A stretch of DNA of 63,831 nucleotides, filler included, from Dirinaria sp. TL-2023a (GCA_051941275.1; 8 parts of 8 records of this genome joined end to end with filler, not necessarily neighbours in it), one strand, 5' to 3'. Positions 12,791 to 24,893 are shown, counted from the whole stretch's first letter. Made by a program: numbers and translations. Notes: generated by a model from the letters alone, not told the origin.

Positions 12791-15646
12791 ATGCGCTTGG
12801 ATGTCAAGGTGACGCTCCCAGCTTTCCACTGCAAGTTACGGAGGGGCGTCTAATCTGCTGTACCCAATTGCAGAGGCAGCTCTTTGCCCGCTCCGAGCGA
12901 GTCAAAGGCATCGACTTTCACCCTACAGAACCATGGGTATGCCCCCCTTCAATCCCATTTCCCTGAACTTAAGCTGACGTTGTGCTAGATCTTGACAACG
13001 CTCTACAATGGTAAGCGTCCTGGAACGGACCTCCACAGAAACCACAGAAACACTTGCTAAGCTGTGGTCGCTTGCAGGCCACGTTTACATATGGTCGTAT
13101 GAGACACAGGTAAGATCCATGAGATAAAACGAGCATACTCGCGACTCACAGAATACTAGGCTATTGTCAAAACCTTCGAGCTCACCGACGTCCCTGTACG
13201 TGCCGGTCGCTTCATAGCCAGGAAAAATTGGATAGTATGTGGCTCCGACGACTTTCAGGTGCGAGTCTATAACTACAACACCTCGGAAAAAATCACCTCT
13301 TTCGAAGCACATCCCGACTACATACGCGCTATAATCGTACATCCTTCTCAACCTTTTGTCCTCACTGCTTCCGATGACATGAGCATAAAGCTATGGGACT
13401 GGGATAAGGGGTGGAAATGTGTGCAGGTCTACGAGGGCCACAGCCATTATGTCATGGGCCTGGCCATCAACCCGAAGGATACAAATACTTTTGCATCTGC
13501 TTGCTTGGACCGGACGGTCAAGATATGGAGCTTCGGCTCAAACCACGCGAATTATACTCTGGAAGCTCATGATACCAAAGGCGTGAACCATGTCGATTAT
13601 TACCCTCAAGCCGACAAACCTTATTTACTGACCACCTCGGATGATCAAACTGTGAAAATCTGGGACTACACCACTAAATCGCTGATTGCAACGCTCGAAG
13701 GCCATACGAGCAACGTCTCTTTCGCCTGCTATCACCCTGAACTACCCGTGATTATCTCTGGCTCTGAAGATGGCACGATTAAGATCTGGCATGCCAACAC
13801 TTATAGGTTGGAGCAGTCACTGTCATACGGACTGGAGCGAGCATGGTGCGTCAGCTACCAACGCGGCCGACAAGGCGTTGCGGTAGGATTCGACGACGGA
13901 GCTGTCGTCGTGAAAATGGGCCGTGAAGAGCCCGCTGTGTCAATGGATAATTCTGGGAAGCTCATATGGGCGCGTCATAGTGAAATCTTATCCGCTGTCA
14001 TCAAAGGCAGCGATGAGTCCATCAAAGATGGAACGCCGGTGAGTATACCGTCGAAGGATCTTGGTAGCTGCGAAATATACCCCCAAACACTCATCCATTC
14101 CCCTAATGGTCGTTTTGTCGCGGTCTGTGGCGATGGAGAATACATCATTTACACGGCACTGGCATGGCGAAACAAGGCTTTTGGCTCGGCGCAAGACTTT
14201 GCGTGGGGATCCAAGGACAACAGTAACGACTACGCTATCCGAGAATCTGCGATGAGTGTGAAGATTTTCCGCAACTTCAAAGAAAAAAGCGGCGGTATCG
14301 ATGTCGGCTTTCAAGCCGAAGGGCTGACCAGCGGGGTATTGCTTGGTGTAAGGGGCCAGGGAGGAATCGGTTTCTTCGATTGGGAAAGCGGAGCGTTAGT
14401 CCGAAGGATAGAGGTTGACCCGAAGAACGTAGGTTCTCTTTACTTGGATGCTGCACTCCGATGACTGACCTTGCGCAAGGTCTACTGGTCCGAGAGTGGA
14501 GAGCTTGTCACGCTGGCTTGCGAGGAGACGTTCTACGTCCTCCGATTTTCACGGGAGAACTACATCGCCGCAGTCAACGAGGGCCAAGTGGAGGACGACG
14601 GGGTCGAATCGGCCTTTGAAGTGGTGACGGATATCAACGAGAGCGTCCGAACGGGCCAATGGGTCGGGGACTGCTTCATATACACCAATTCCACGAACCG
14701 CCTCAACTACCTTGTCGGCGACCAGACTTACACAGTCTCTCACTTCGACCAACCCATGTACCTGCTGGGCTATCTGCCACGAGACGGAAGAGCCTACATC
14801 GCCGACAAAGACGTCAACGTCGTCTCCTACGCCCTCTCCCTCTCCGTAGTCGAATACCAGACCCTCGTCCTGCGAGGCGACATGGACACCGCAGCCGAAG
14901 TCCTGGAGGGGATCCCGACGGACCAGAAAAACAAGATCGCGCGCTTCCTCGAAGGGCAAGGCTACAAGGAAATGGCGCTCGAGGTGGCCACGGACCCGGA
15001 ACACCGGTTCGACCTCGCCCTCGCCCTCAACCACCTGCCCACGGCGCTCGAGATCGCCCGCGAAGCCGACGTCGAGCACCGCTGGAAAACCGTCGGCGAC
15101 GCCGCCCTCACGGCGTGGGACATCCCGCTCGCGGAGGAATGCTTCTCCAACGCGCACGACTTCGGCTCCCTGCTGCTGCTGCACAGCTGCACGGCCAACG
15201 CGGGCGGGCTACGAAAATTGGCCGAGCAAGCCACCGCGGCCGCCTCGCACAACATCGCCTTCTCCTGCCTGTGGCAGCTGCGCGACGTCGACGGCTGCAT
15301 CGATCTGCTCGTGCGCACGGGCCGCGTCGCCGAAGCGGTGCTCTTCGCCCAGACGTACAAACCCAGTCGGGGGGCCGAGGTCGCCCGCGCGTGGAAACTG
15401 GGCTTGGAAGGCAGTGGCAAGAGCAAAGTGGCGCGCATGTTGGGCATGCCGCCTGATGATGAGCGCGGGGGAGAAGGGGATGAGGAGCTGTTCCCGCATT
15501 GGCGGGAGCATATCGCGATGGAGGGACGGGGTGATGATGGGGGAACTGGGACGTTGGTTGATGTCGGTGTTGGTGTCGGTGTTGATGGTGATGGGGATGA
15601 GGAGGTTAATGGGGAGAAGAAAGCGGTTGTGGAGGCTGTGGCTTGA
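12791..15646 (+). CDS. SEC27: Coatomer (COPI) subunit beta'
   Basis: Micro-exons give MRLDVK|RQLFARSERVKGIDFHPTEPW. WD40 repeats (FEAHPDYIR, YEGHSHYVM, LEGHTSNVS), then VCGDGEYIIYTALAWRNKAFG and the alpha-solenoid. Several short 5' introns plus one at about 14429-14480. Confidence 0.97.
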
Positions 15647-15741
15647 TTTATTCGAAAAAGGGATGGTGGATAAGTACGCATCCTTTTGTTATCATTAAGA
15701 AGAGAAAAGAAAAAGAACCTTTACAAGTTTGAAACAGTGAA

Positions 15742-15777
<36 letters not shown>

Positions 15778-15956
15778 CAAAATCCATACGATGCGTCTGC
15801 TGAAAATCTAAATGCCCCCTCCGCCCCTTTTTACAGACGGTAGGTACTTTAGGTCTGGTCTCTTTCAACGCTAAGCTAAGTAACTCACATTGAACTCCTA
15901 CCGGAGTAGAGGTACCACGCCAACTACCTTACCGTAATTGAATACCTTACAATAAC

Positions 15957-16056
15957 NNNNNNNNNNNNNNNNNNNNNNNNNNNNNNNNNNNNNNNNNNNN
16001 TTAATTAATTAANNNNNNNNNNNNNNNNNNNNNNNNNNNNNNNNNNNNNNNNNNNN
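15957..16056. other. Artificial contig linker
   Basis: 44N-TTAATTAATTAA-44N. Confidence 0.99.
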
Positions 16057-16088
<32 letters not shown>

Positions 16089-16886
16089 GTTTTTTTTTTT
16101 TTTGGTTTTTTTGTATTTGTTAAGAATAGAATTCCTTCCGTCTCGAGTTTCTCGGTTCTTTCTTTCTGGGGTTGGTTGGTTCCAGTCTCTACCTTATGAT
16201 AGCTCTGCATCCTGGCCCTTTGCCTATCGTGCTAGTGTAAGAAGATATCAACCTATCAGAAAATTCAATGCACTCGCATTCCTTCTCTGGGATTCGATGT
16301 CAATAATTGAGATAGCAGCGATGTAGAAGGTCCTCTGGATTTTTTTCTTCTTTCATTATTGCACCTCAACACCGAACATGCCACTCGAATAGAATCCCGA
16401 GGTTCTTGATCTGTCCACACCATACCTAGATTTCCTCCCACGACTGCGAATGGTGTGAGGAAAGCTATCCCAACACCTGCTTGGATTTCATTGCGTTAAA
16501 GCAGGAGTACCTAGAAAGCGAAGGCTGGAGAAAGATACCCACTTCATTGTTTCGGGACTTTTGACTCTTTTGTCTACCTACGGGCAGGCGATGATGAAGT
16601 GGAAAGATAAGTTAAGAATGGTGGCTTGCTCAACAACTCAACTTTCGGTAGGTAGGTAGGTAGATTAAAACCGGCTTTGGCTAGCCTCTTCATAAGTAAT
16701 GCTTCAACTCCGTTGACCATATATATGCCCCCCGTATATGATGGGTGGCAAATGCACAGAGGTTTTTTTTTTTTTTTTTTTGGTTCGGTGAATCCCAACG
16801 GATATAGAAAATGAGCAAAAAAAATTTGTTGAGTGAATCATGCACACAGTAAACTACGTGGCATCATTCGCCCCCCCCTTTTTTCA

Positions 16887-16895
16887 TATATAAAA
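16887..16895 (+). promoter_or_regulatory. Putative TATA box of the 17087 gene
   Basis: TATATAAAA about 200 bp upstream of the ATG, followed by a pyrimidine-rich leader. Confidence 0.55.
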
Positions 16896-16977
16896 GCCGT
16901 CATCTCTTCCGGTATTTTCCAACACAGTCGATCAAACTACCTTGGCTTCTTTTCCCACGTCCGTCTTCTCTGCTCTA

Positions 16978-17086
16978 TACCTCATCCGTCTCTTCTACTC
17001 GGTACTTCATTCGTCTACTCTTCTCTATACTTCATCCATCTACTCTACTATCTACTTCATCCATATACTCTACTATCTACTTCATC
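16978..17086 (+). repeat. 25-bp tandem repeat (about 4.4 copies) abutting the ATG at 17087
   Basis: Units start at 16978, 17003, 17028, 17053 and 17078. Consensus TACTTCATCCATCTACTCTACTATC. Confidence 0.9.
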
Positions 17087-17641
17087 ATGCCGGGAATTCG
17101 CGAAACAGCAATCATTGTGATCTTGATTTGGGTTGCGGCTGCCATTCCGGTCCTCGTTCCTTCCACCAGCACAACGGTCGCACCGAGCCAGACCCCTGAG
17201 CTTTTACCATGGACGAAGCATGTCCCTCATGTGCCGACAGAGGAAGAGAAGATGTTCATTGGCGAAAGGACCTTCCTTGCCAGCCTCAATGTATCCAGTT
17301 TACAAGTGCAAGCGGCGACGGTCGACGAGCACAACAAGCCCATCGTGTTGGAAGGGAATCAACTTGATTACATCATAGCGGCTGATGAGTCGCCCACCGA
17401 TGCTCATGTGCATGACCACATCAAGCCTCAGGATCCTCGACTCCCGGCAGAGAGAAAGCATCTGGCTCACATCTACAGAGTTGCAAAGGAGTACCTTCCG
17501 AAGCTTGTAGTCCACGACCTGTTCCACTCGAGTGATGGCAAGCCTATAAGAGTGACCGATGAAAAGGTAGATGCTGCAATTCGTGACTACAGAGCATCAA
17601 GGCTCGAATTAGAAGATTTAGATTACCCCGACATAATGTAA
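17087..17641 (+). CDS. Putative secreted orphan protein (184 aa)
   Basis: ATG ORF with a hydrophobic N-terminus (IIVILIWVAAA), an upstream TATA, and a C-terminal motif shared with the 42502-43155 protein. Confidence 0.75.
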   Translation: MPGIRETAIIVILIWVAAAIPVLVPSTSTTVAPSQTPELLPWTKHVPHVPTEEEKMFIGERTFLASLNVSSLQVQAATVDEHNKPIVLEGNQLDYIIAADESPTDAHVHDHIKPQDPRLPAERKHLAHIYRVAKEYLPKLVVHDLFHSSDGKPIRVTDEKVDAAIRDYRASRLELEDLDYPDIM

Positions 17642-17836
17642 CCGGCTCACGCGAACCACAAGAATCCAACGAGAACGAAGAATTCAATCCCCCGAATACT
17701 GCAAAGACCGGCATGGCGGAGAGAAGAACGAAACCCCGGCTTTGGATTGAAGATCTATGTTCAGAGATTGGAAGCGAGAGCGTTTGGGCAGTGAAGCTGG
17801 CGCATGAAGAACTGTTTGGTGGCATTTCCCATGATT

Positions 17837-17980
17837 GGTAGTATGGTATGCTGTATAATAGGCGGTATAATAGGCAGTATGGCATGCAGTATGGTAGACA
17901 GTATTGCATGCGATATAATAGGCAGTATGTTAGGCAGCATGGCATGCAGTATAATATACAGTATGACAAGCACTATGACT
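17837..17980. repeat. Degenerate 12-bp tandem repeat, 12 copies
   Basis: Units such as ggcagtatggca, tgcagtatggta, tgcagtataata. Consensus KGCAGTATRRYA. Confidence 0.85.
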
Positions 17981-18308
17981 GACCATGTTGTGGTTGTGCG
18001 AAACAATAGATGTAAAAGTGCAATGGGATTTTCAATTTATTGCCCGAAGTCAGCTTTTGATCAACCGTACAAATTGCGTACTTTAAAACTTTGTTCTTCT
18101 CATAGAGCGATATATGAAATGCTTTGTAGTTGAACCAGGGAACAGGAAATCAAAATGTTATGGATTTGGGAACGGTCTGGACCTTGCCTTAATGTCAGAA
18201 TTCTTTAACGGATGTAATATGAGCATATTTGAATGGGGATATAAGCAGCCTAATGCATTCGAAATTATCACTTAAGGAAGATTTCGAAAGAATTCCTCGT
18301 CTACTCCC

Positions 18309-19508
18309 TTATTTACCGCTTTTTGTTCTGACACTGAACCAAGTTTTACGCATTTGCAGAATTTGTCCCCTCGTGAACATCCGTCGACTGAGACTCGTCA
18401 ATACGAAGTGAATATTTCAAGAATAATTACACTTACCAATAATCGGGGGAATAGTCCATGTGATTGTTCACATCTGCCGGAGATAAATAAGTCACACACT
18501 TCAGAAATTTGCAAGCAGAGATGAACTTACTGTCGAAACCATCTGATTGGGGACAGCTATTATGACTCGAAAGAGGAACATCGCAGTTTTTGGATGGATA
18601 TTTTTGAGGCGGAGTGTCATCAATGTTGTCACCTTTGCCGTCGCACGGGTCCTTACCATCGAGTGCATCTTCAAAGGGATGGTACAGTCCTAACCAGTGC
18701 CCTATCTCGTGAACCGCGATTTTGCCCGCATAGTGATACTCGGGCAGGGGGTTAATACTACCCCCTGGCATTGAGTTGACATCCACTTTGACACCATCAC
18801 GGGCAAGGTAGTCTTTGGGGTGCAGAGACGTCTGATATGTCTCACTTCTGACGCCGCTATCGCTGAGAGAGAAGTGCATTGGCATTTCGCTGACTCTGCC
18901 TACTTCAGCCTTCTTTGAGTGCTTAATTTGACCAGAGTGGAAGTATATGTTGAGGGAGTCGTAGCCACCCTGATGGATTCTGGAGCCGATCTGGATTTTC
19001 CTTCGATGTCAGCGTTACCCGATTGAACTTTTTCACCTTTTCATCTAGGCGGTCAAGGAGCAGAATATTCATGTCACATACCTCAACTTCTTCATTGAGA
19101 TGTCGCTTTGCTCTTGACAGTCTCTCGTTCTTCGTATAAGTGACATTCCGAAGAAGGAAGACAATATTGGCCGGAGCATATGCACTGTTCATTTGGTCCA
19201 GCTAGGAGCGGGTAAGCCAGCGAACTTCACGCAGCGCGTAAAAAACAAGAGCTGCATGAGAAGAGAGCACATACCTGTGCCATATACGACTTATCGAAAT
19301 CCCGCACGGAATGCTGCTTTGAGTAAATCAGGTGAAAGTAGGTATTGATGGCTACTTGTTTGGTTAGAGGGGGAATGGCTTGCCTAGCCACCAGGTCGTG
19401 CTGAACGAAGTCTCCTATTTCAGGGGCCGGCGCTCCACATTGGTTGTCGGACGAGGCAAGTACGCAGCTGGCCAATGCAGCAGCAGCGGCAAAGATTGAT
19501 AGACGCAT
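18309..19508 (-). CDS. Secreted zinc metalloprotease, family M43B (pappalysin/ulilysin/Mep1-like)
   Basis: Signal peptide MRLSIFAAAAALASCVLA, propeptide CG, HEIGHWLGLYH zinc motif, DNIDDTP and Met-turn NHMDYS. Introns about 19274-19202, 19081-18991, 18530-18474 and 18436-18388; stop 18309-18311. Confidence 0.92.
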
Positions 19509-20719
19509 CGTGAATGTACCTAGTGTTAGTGCTTGAGCGAGTTGAAACCGCGAACTAGAGGGTTTGTGGGAGTGGTTGAAAAGGAAAGGCTGTGGCAAGG
19601 GAAGGCTGTGGCAAGGGAGGACTGTAGCAAGGCAAGATTATGTATGGGAAAGGCAATTCTGGGGGCAATCAAAGTCTTTGCACAAGAGAATCTTTGAGGT
19701 AAAAGAATTTATTGGAGCAAATCTAGTAGCAACGGAAAAGGAGAGCCAAAGGAGTATCTGAGCCTGTTTATAGTATTGGATATTGCTGCTGAATGTGACG
19801 CTTTGGAGAAAAGATTGAGCACAGTTGCCACACTCGTCGGTCACCGACACATGTTTGTGAGTCATCTTAGATACTTCTGTACGAATTTCCAACAATTTAG
19901 GAAACCACGGTTTGGGAGAGACTATCAACTTACGTAATCCCTGCCATGCCACAAACTCACTCTTTCTGATTTTTGTTGAAATGTGCATGCACACTGCCGT
20001 CAGTCGTATTGCTGTAACTGCCTGTCAACTCAATATCCTTTCACCGAAGTGTGCTTCTAGATCAGTTGGTTGAGGGGCTCAGAGGAAAACGAATTAGCTC
20101 TACCCTCCCGTTGATCGAACCACTGACGGTAGCAATACGCTCACTAACTCAGGCCTACTCTAAAGGCATGATTCAATAAGTCGTTATGCAAGGACAGTGC
20201 GAGCTCTTGAGCAAGAGTCTCAAAGAATGAGGGTCTTCCATGCGCACGGAGATCGGAGTAGTTAACGACTGATGTTTTTGTAATACCGAGATACAGGTGT
20301 CTACCTTAAAGTATACATCTGAATTTGTGACATTAGACCATGGCGATGAGAGTGCTACTCACGACGCAGTGCTACATCAGAAATGTATAGCCGATATGCG
20401 ATATACGTGGCCATCATGCGCCTGATTGACTGCGCTTCAACAACGGACAGTGACCGGACCCTAAATCAAGATATCGAAACATCGTTCCGTAAGAGGGCTT
20501 TGGAAGCCGCTCAGAAAAGGTTGTAACATTCTATGTTAGATCCGTCCTTCATTGAGGACTGTATCGCTTGATCGAGGGCAAGACCCTGCCAAAGTTCTTC
20601 CAGAAGCGCCGAAATAAAAGTACTTACCTATCTAACGGCTCTAATCTTATTTGCGATACACCGTCGCGCTGCAGCTCTGCGGACAAAGGACGATTCCCAT
20701 TCATAGACCAGCTTCAGCC

Positions 20720-21380
20720 ATGTTTTTCATAATACTGATCTGCTGCGCTGGCCTGGGTCAGTTCAGCTCCTTTGCTGCGTCCATACCTGATAACTCAATC
20801 GTATCAATATCCAATCCCTTGAACCTTACTGCTCCTCCAGCTTCCAATTTGGCAAACAGTAATCAATCCTTATCCTTGAGCAAGTAGGTGCCAATTTCTC
20901 GTCTATCCAAGATTCACCGCTGTTCGTGTTGACAATGGGCTGATATATGGTCACTCCAATAGCAAAGTGGGTGTTAAGTCCACTCCTGACCCTTACGCGA
21001 AGTATATTGAGGAGGACAAGAATTGGATCATCTACCACAACTATGAAGACTCTCTGGGTCCCACCAATGACAACGTTTTGGCGATACTAGGCAAAATATT
21101 AGTCGAAGATACGGCACATCAGCCAGACGCCCCAATGGGTAAACAATCCCTTCGCTATACCGAAGACGAAGATCCTGTTCCGATCGAGATGCACTTTCGA
21201 GCAATAAACACAATTACTTGGAGGCAGTGGCTGAGGATGTCAGTCCATATTATGCAGAATTTGCCACGAAACGAGGAGAAAGAGAACAGAGCGTGCCAAT
21301 TCATTGTGACAGCTCAGAACCGTGATAAAACGCTTGGAATCGGATCTGTCTCCTTGCTAGAATGGAAGTCTGTACAGTAG
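20720..21380 (+). CDS. Small secreted protein of unknown function
   Basis: Signal peptide MFFIILICCAGLGQFSSFA. Intron 20884-20962 joins it in frame to ORF 20967-21380. Confidence 0.8.
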
Positions 21381-23557
21381 TAAGGCAACCGCATCAGCAC
21401 TGATTTCGTCGAGAGCAATTGCTTGGAATCTGGCTTGGGCCCATCAGCCCTTCGACAAGCTAGGTTCTGTGTTGACTACTTTGCTAGGCCGCAATAGAGA
21501 CCATAACAGAAGACAACACAAGTTGTCAAATGATGTGTGAAATGTGTGATTAGTTGGGAACGAGAAGGAGAGAGATGTCAAGGGCATCTGCGAAGTACTT
21601 TTTTCGTGCCAGGACAGAGGGATTGGGTGCGCTCTAGCCATTTGCTGTAAGTGTTCCTTCGAGAGCAGTTCATCGAGAAAAGTACGCGACACGATCGTTT
21701 CTGCTGCTTTCCAAGCCCCCTTCTCAGTCGAAGCTGCTCGGCTTCTGCATAGTGAAGCAGTAACACTTGGCTCGCGAGCTTGACTTTGATTTTCGATCTT
21801 CTTCTGCTCCAAGTACCAATAAAACTGGAACTACCAGCGCCACACAGCCCTACTCTTTTGATCACCTTTACGTTGAATGACACACATATAACATCAAAAG
21901 AACCTTTCCACCTGAGAACTCCTCAAGCTGAAATATAGTCTAATATAATCTTCGACCGACACGAAAAATAGAACTCATCGTAAAGATAGCAGTGGATATA
22001 AACTTGCAAAGCGCGTGTCCAAATAACGCGAAACAATTCGTCGGTTGGACAAAAATCAGTCTAATGAAATTTTCTCATTCTGACTGATTAATGCCTTCGA
22101 ACCGGTATCTCGAGATCTTTTTTCCTGACGTCTCTAATATCTAACGATTGGCCGGTTTGGCAGTGGCGCTTTCGTGTTGGAACAGTCCATCATCGCTTCG
22201 CGGAAGCCTGTTTTCTTGAACATCACATGCTGTGAGAACAGGGCGACGAATGTGTTTAATCCTGAGGCCGAATCGTGGATGCTACGCCCGTGGAAATAGG
22301 GTAATAGTGTGCACTAGAGGTTTTCAAGACAGTTCACTGTATATCCATCGCAATTGAAGGTCCGGATAAGAATCTGACTCGCACGGCTATCATACCAACA
22401 GCCAATCACGGGCCCGAACCTCAGCCCTATCTAAGGCTCCCTCAGAAGCCCTGGAGCGATCCTACTTACCTCTCTCTCCTACATCAATTCCGTCTTTTTA
22501 CTCCTATCACTTCTACCCTCGCTCCATGCGATCCAACTCGCCATCGCGCTTGAAGGCGCTGACCTACCTATTGGGCTTAATGCACTTAATCAACCTTCCC
22601 TGGCGCATCCTCACCCCATTTTCCATCAGCGGGCTCCTCCACTCTCTCCTTCCTGCATAAACGCCCTCTAATACCCCGCAGCTTCAGATCTGCAATTTCA
22701 CTCCTCGCACGCTTCTCGCCTTCCCAGAACAAAAAAGCGTGCAGGAGAGAATGAGATGAACTACTGTGCTTAGGTGTGGATGATTGCGAGTTTGCATTCT
22801 TTTGCAGGCAGCTAGCTTATTGGCAGAGCCCAAAGAGAAGACTATTATTTCTTTAGAAGGAAGGGCGCGCTGGTAGGTAGGCTGTGCTGGTCTAGCTGTG
22901 GTTTTGGAATACTTATGTCCTGAAGTTCCAGGAATGGACTTGCTGAATAGAAACCGCGGGGAGAAGGGTCGTTGAAACTGAAAGTTGCGCTGCAATATGC
23001 CTTGAGAATCCGGACAATGGGATTATATCAAAGCTAATCATGAAGGAGATAATGGTGTGACAAGCAAGATCCATTGATTGATGGACGGCTCTTCGAGTAA
23101 ATAAGGGAGCGCAGGCGTTGGCCTTTTTTTTTAACCTCTAGTAGAGATTATGGATTCACGTTTTTTAGTCCGATATATCATGAAATAATGGAAAGGATAT
23201 TAGGTAGACAATCTAATGTATAAACGGACACTACCTTAAAGGCGAAAGTGTTCGAAAAAGTTCGATGCGAAAAGTAACGGTGATGATTAATTTCGTCGCC
23301 TTTCGCCTTTATCAGATCGGTACCTAGATAATGTCCATACTACTGTACGAGTGCATTAGTTTGGTCTGTTCATGACGCTCCCCACCTGCAGCAACGGCCA
23401 ATTGTTTTCTGATCTCTCTCCACTTCGGTGAGGTCACTCGATCCCAACTACTCCGTACATTAAGGTACTGTAGTTACTACGGAGTATATCATCTAAATTC
23501 TGCAAGAAATTTAAAAGTTCCAAAACCATCACCCGCACACCAATTCATTCATTCAAA

Positions 23558-23981
23558 ATGTACTTCAAATTTCTATTATCTCTCATCTACACAATCCACC
23601 TCGTCTTCCCAACCTCTTCCCGCTCGACACTTATCGAGCCCCAAGCTCCTCAATCCAACTGCACCAGCTGCGCCGCGAACCCGATCGCAAGCATCTACCC
23701 CAACAACATCACAGGCACGATCAACGCCACGACCTCCGTAATCATCGTGCCCCTCAGCTACGCCCGTTCACTACTCCCCGCCCATCTCAACCCCCTACCT
23801 CACGCCTACAGTACACGCTTCTCCATCCCTGCAACGCACTACCCACTCATTCTCGAAGGCGCCATCGAGCACGATATCCGCTTTCAGGGCAGAAGCTCGA
23901 TTGTCGATTTCTCTTCTCTCCGTTTCTCGTTCCCGTTCATTGATCTGCTGAACGACAATTCGACTTGCTTCAGGTATAGAG
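23558..23981 (+). CDS. Secreted hypothetical protein, 3' truncated
   Basis: Good ATG context (tcaaaATG), signal peptide and N-glycosylation sequons (NCT, NIT, NAT). Runs into the linker. Confidence 0.75.
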
Positions 23982-24081
23982 NNNNNNNNNNNNNNNNNNN
24001 NNNNNNNNNNNNNNNNNNNNNNNNNTTAATTAATTAANNNNNNNNNNNNNNNNNNNNNNNNNNNNNNNNNNNNNNNNNNNN
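23982..24081. other. Artificial contig linker
   Basis: 44N-TTAATTAATTAA-44N. Confidence 0.99.
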
Positions 24082-24893
24082 GGGTGGGGGGAAGGAATAT
24101 AAGATGTTATGTTGGGCGCTGGAGATCTACCTTAATGTCAATATTTACCGCATTATTATTCGCCTCAAACAGTACACCCGCAACCCGGGTAATCATCGGC
24201 TTACGATATCCACTCGGGCTGATTAGGTGTACTCGCTCGCTACCTCAATGTACCTTAGGTACTTTAAGATCTTACCTTTACCTCCTAAGGTATCGAGGGT
24301 GTCTTATGAATGCCCATGCATTTAGGGGGGAGAGAATTTGATAGCGCGCTGAACACGTTGGCCGCGCGAAATGATTGAGGTTTTTGAGGGCTGTGATTTG
24401 GTGAAGGAGGAAGGAGGTGGGTCTCTCATTCTACGGGTTTTGGTTTATGTTTTTGGACAAGGAGAAGGATGGGAGTTGAAGATATCTCGATAAGTATGAG
24501 CCCTTCCAGTGTCTCTCATTGCGCCGCATTTGAAAATTGTTTACAATGGCCAACGCGAAGCATTTACTACTATCCTTAGCGGGCATTGAAAGCAAGAGCG
24601 CGTCCTTGATGATAGCGCACAGAGACACCTTTGAGAATTCAGGACTGTCTAGATCTTCCTTTTTTTTTTTTCAACAAAGTTTTACCAGGTTGACATCTAC
24701 AGTCAAAGCCGGCTTGTCTGTCCGAAGGTTCAATGCCATCTCAATATCAGTCATCTTACCAATGCTATCCAGTGGATATGTAGAGGTACTCCCTTGATGG
24801 TGGAGCCAGTCAGGAATCATGTGCGAAATTAGACCAAGCAGGCAAAGCTTTGTCCTTGGGCACAGTCTTGGCTAGGTAACTGCATTCGTCAAA

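Noticed and set aside
16978..17980. Tandem arrays as possible CRISPR-like loci
   Set aside because: Units are contiguous with no unique spacers, the context is eukaryotic, and no cas genes are present.
21578..21883. KRVGLCGAGSS resembling a Rossmann GxGxxG start
   Set aside because: GTG start, incomplete motif and no downstream flavoprotein motifs in any frame I could read.
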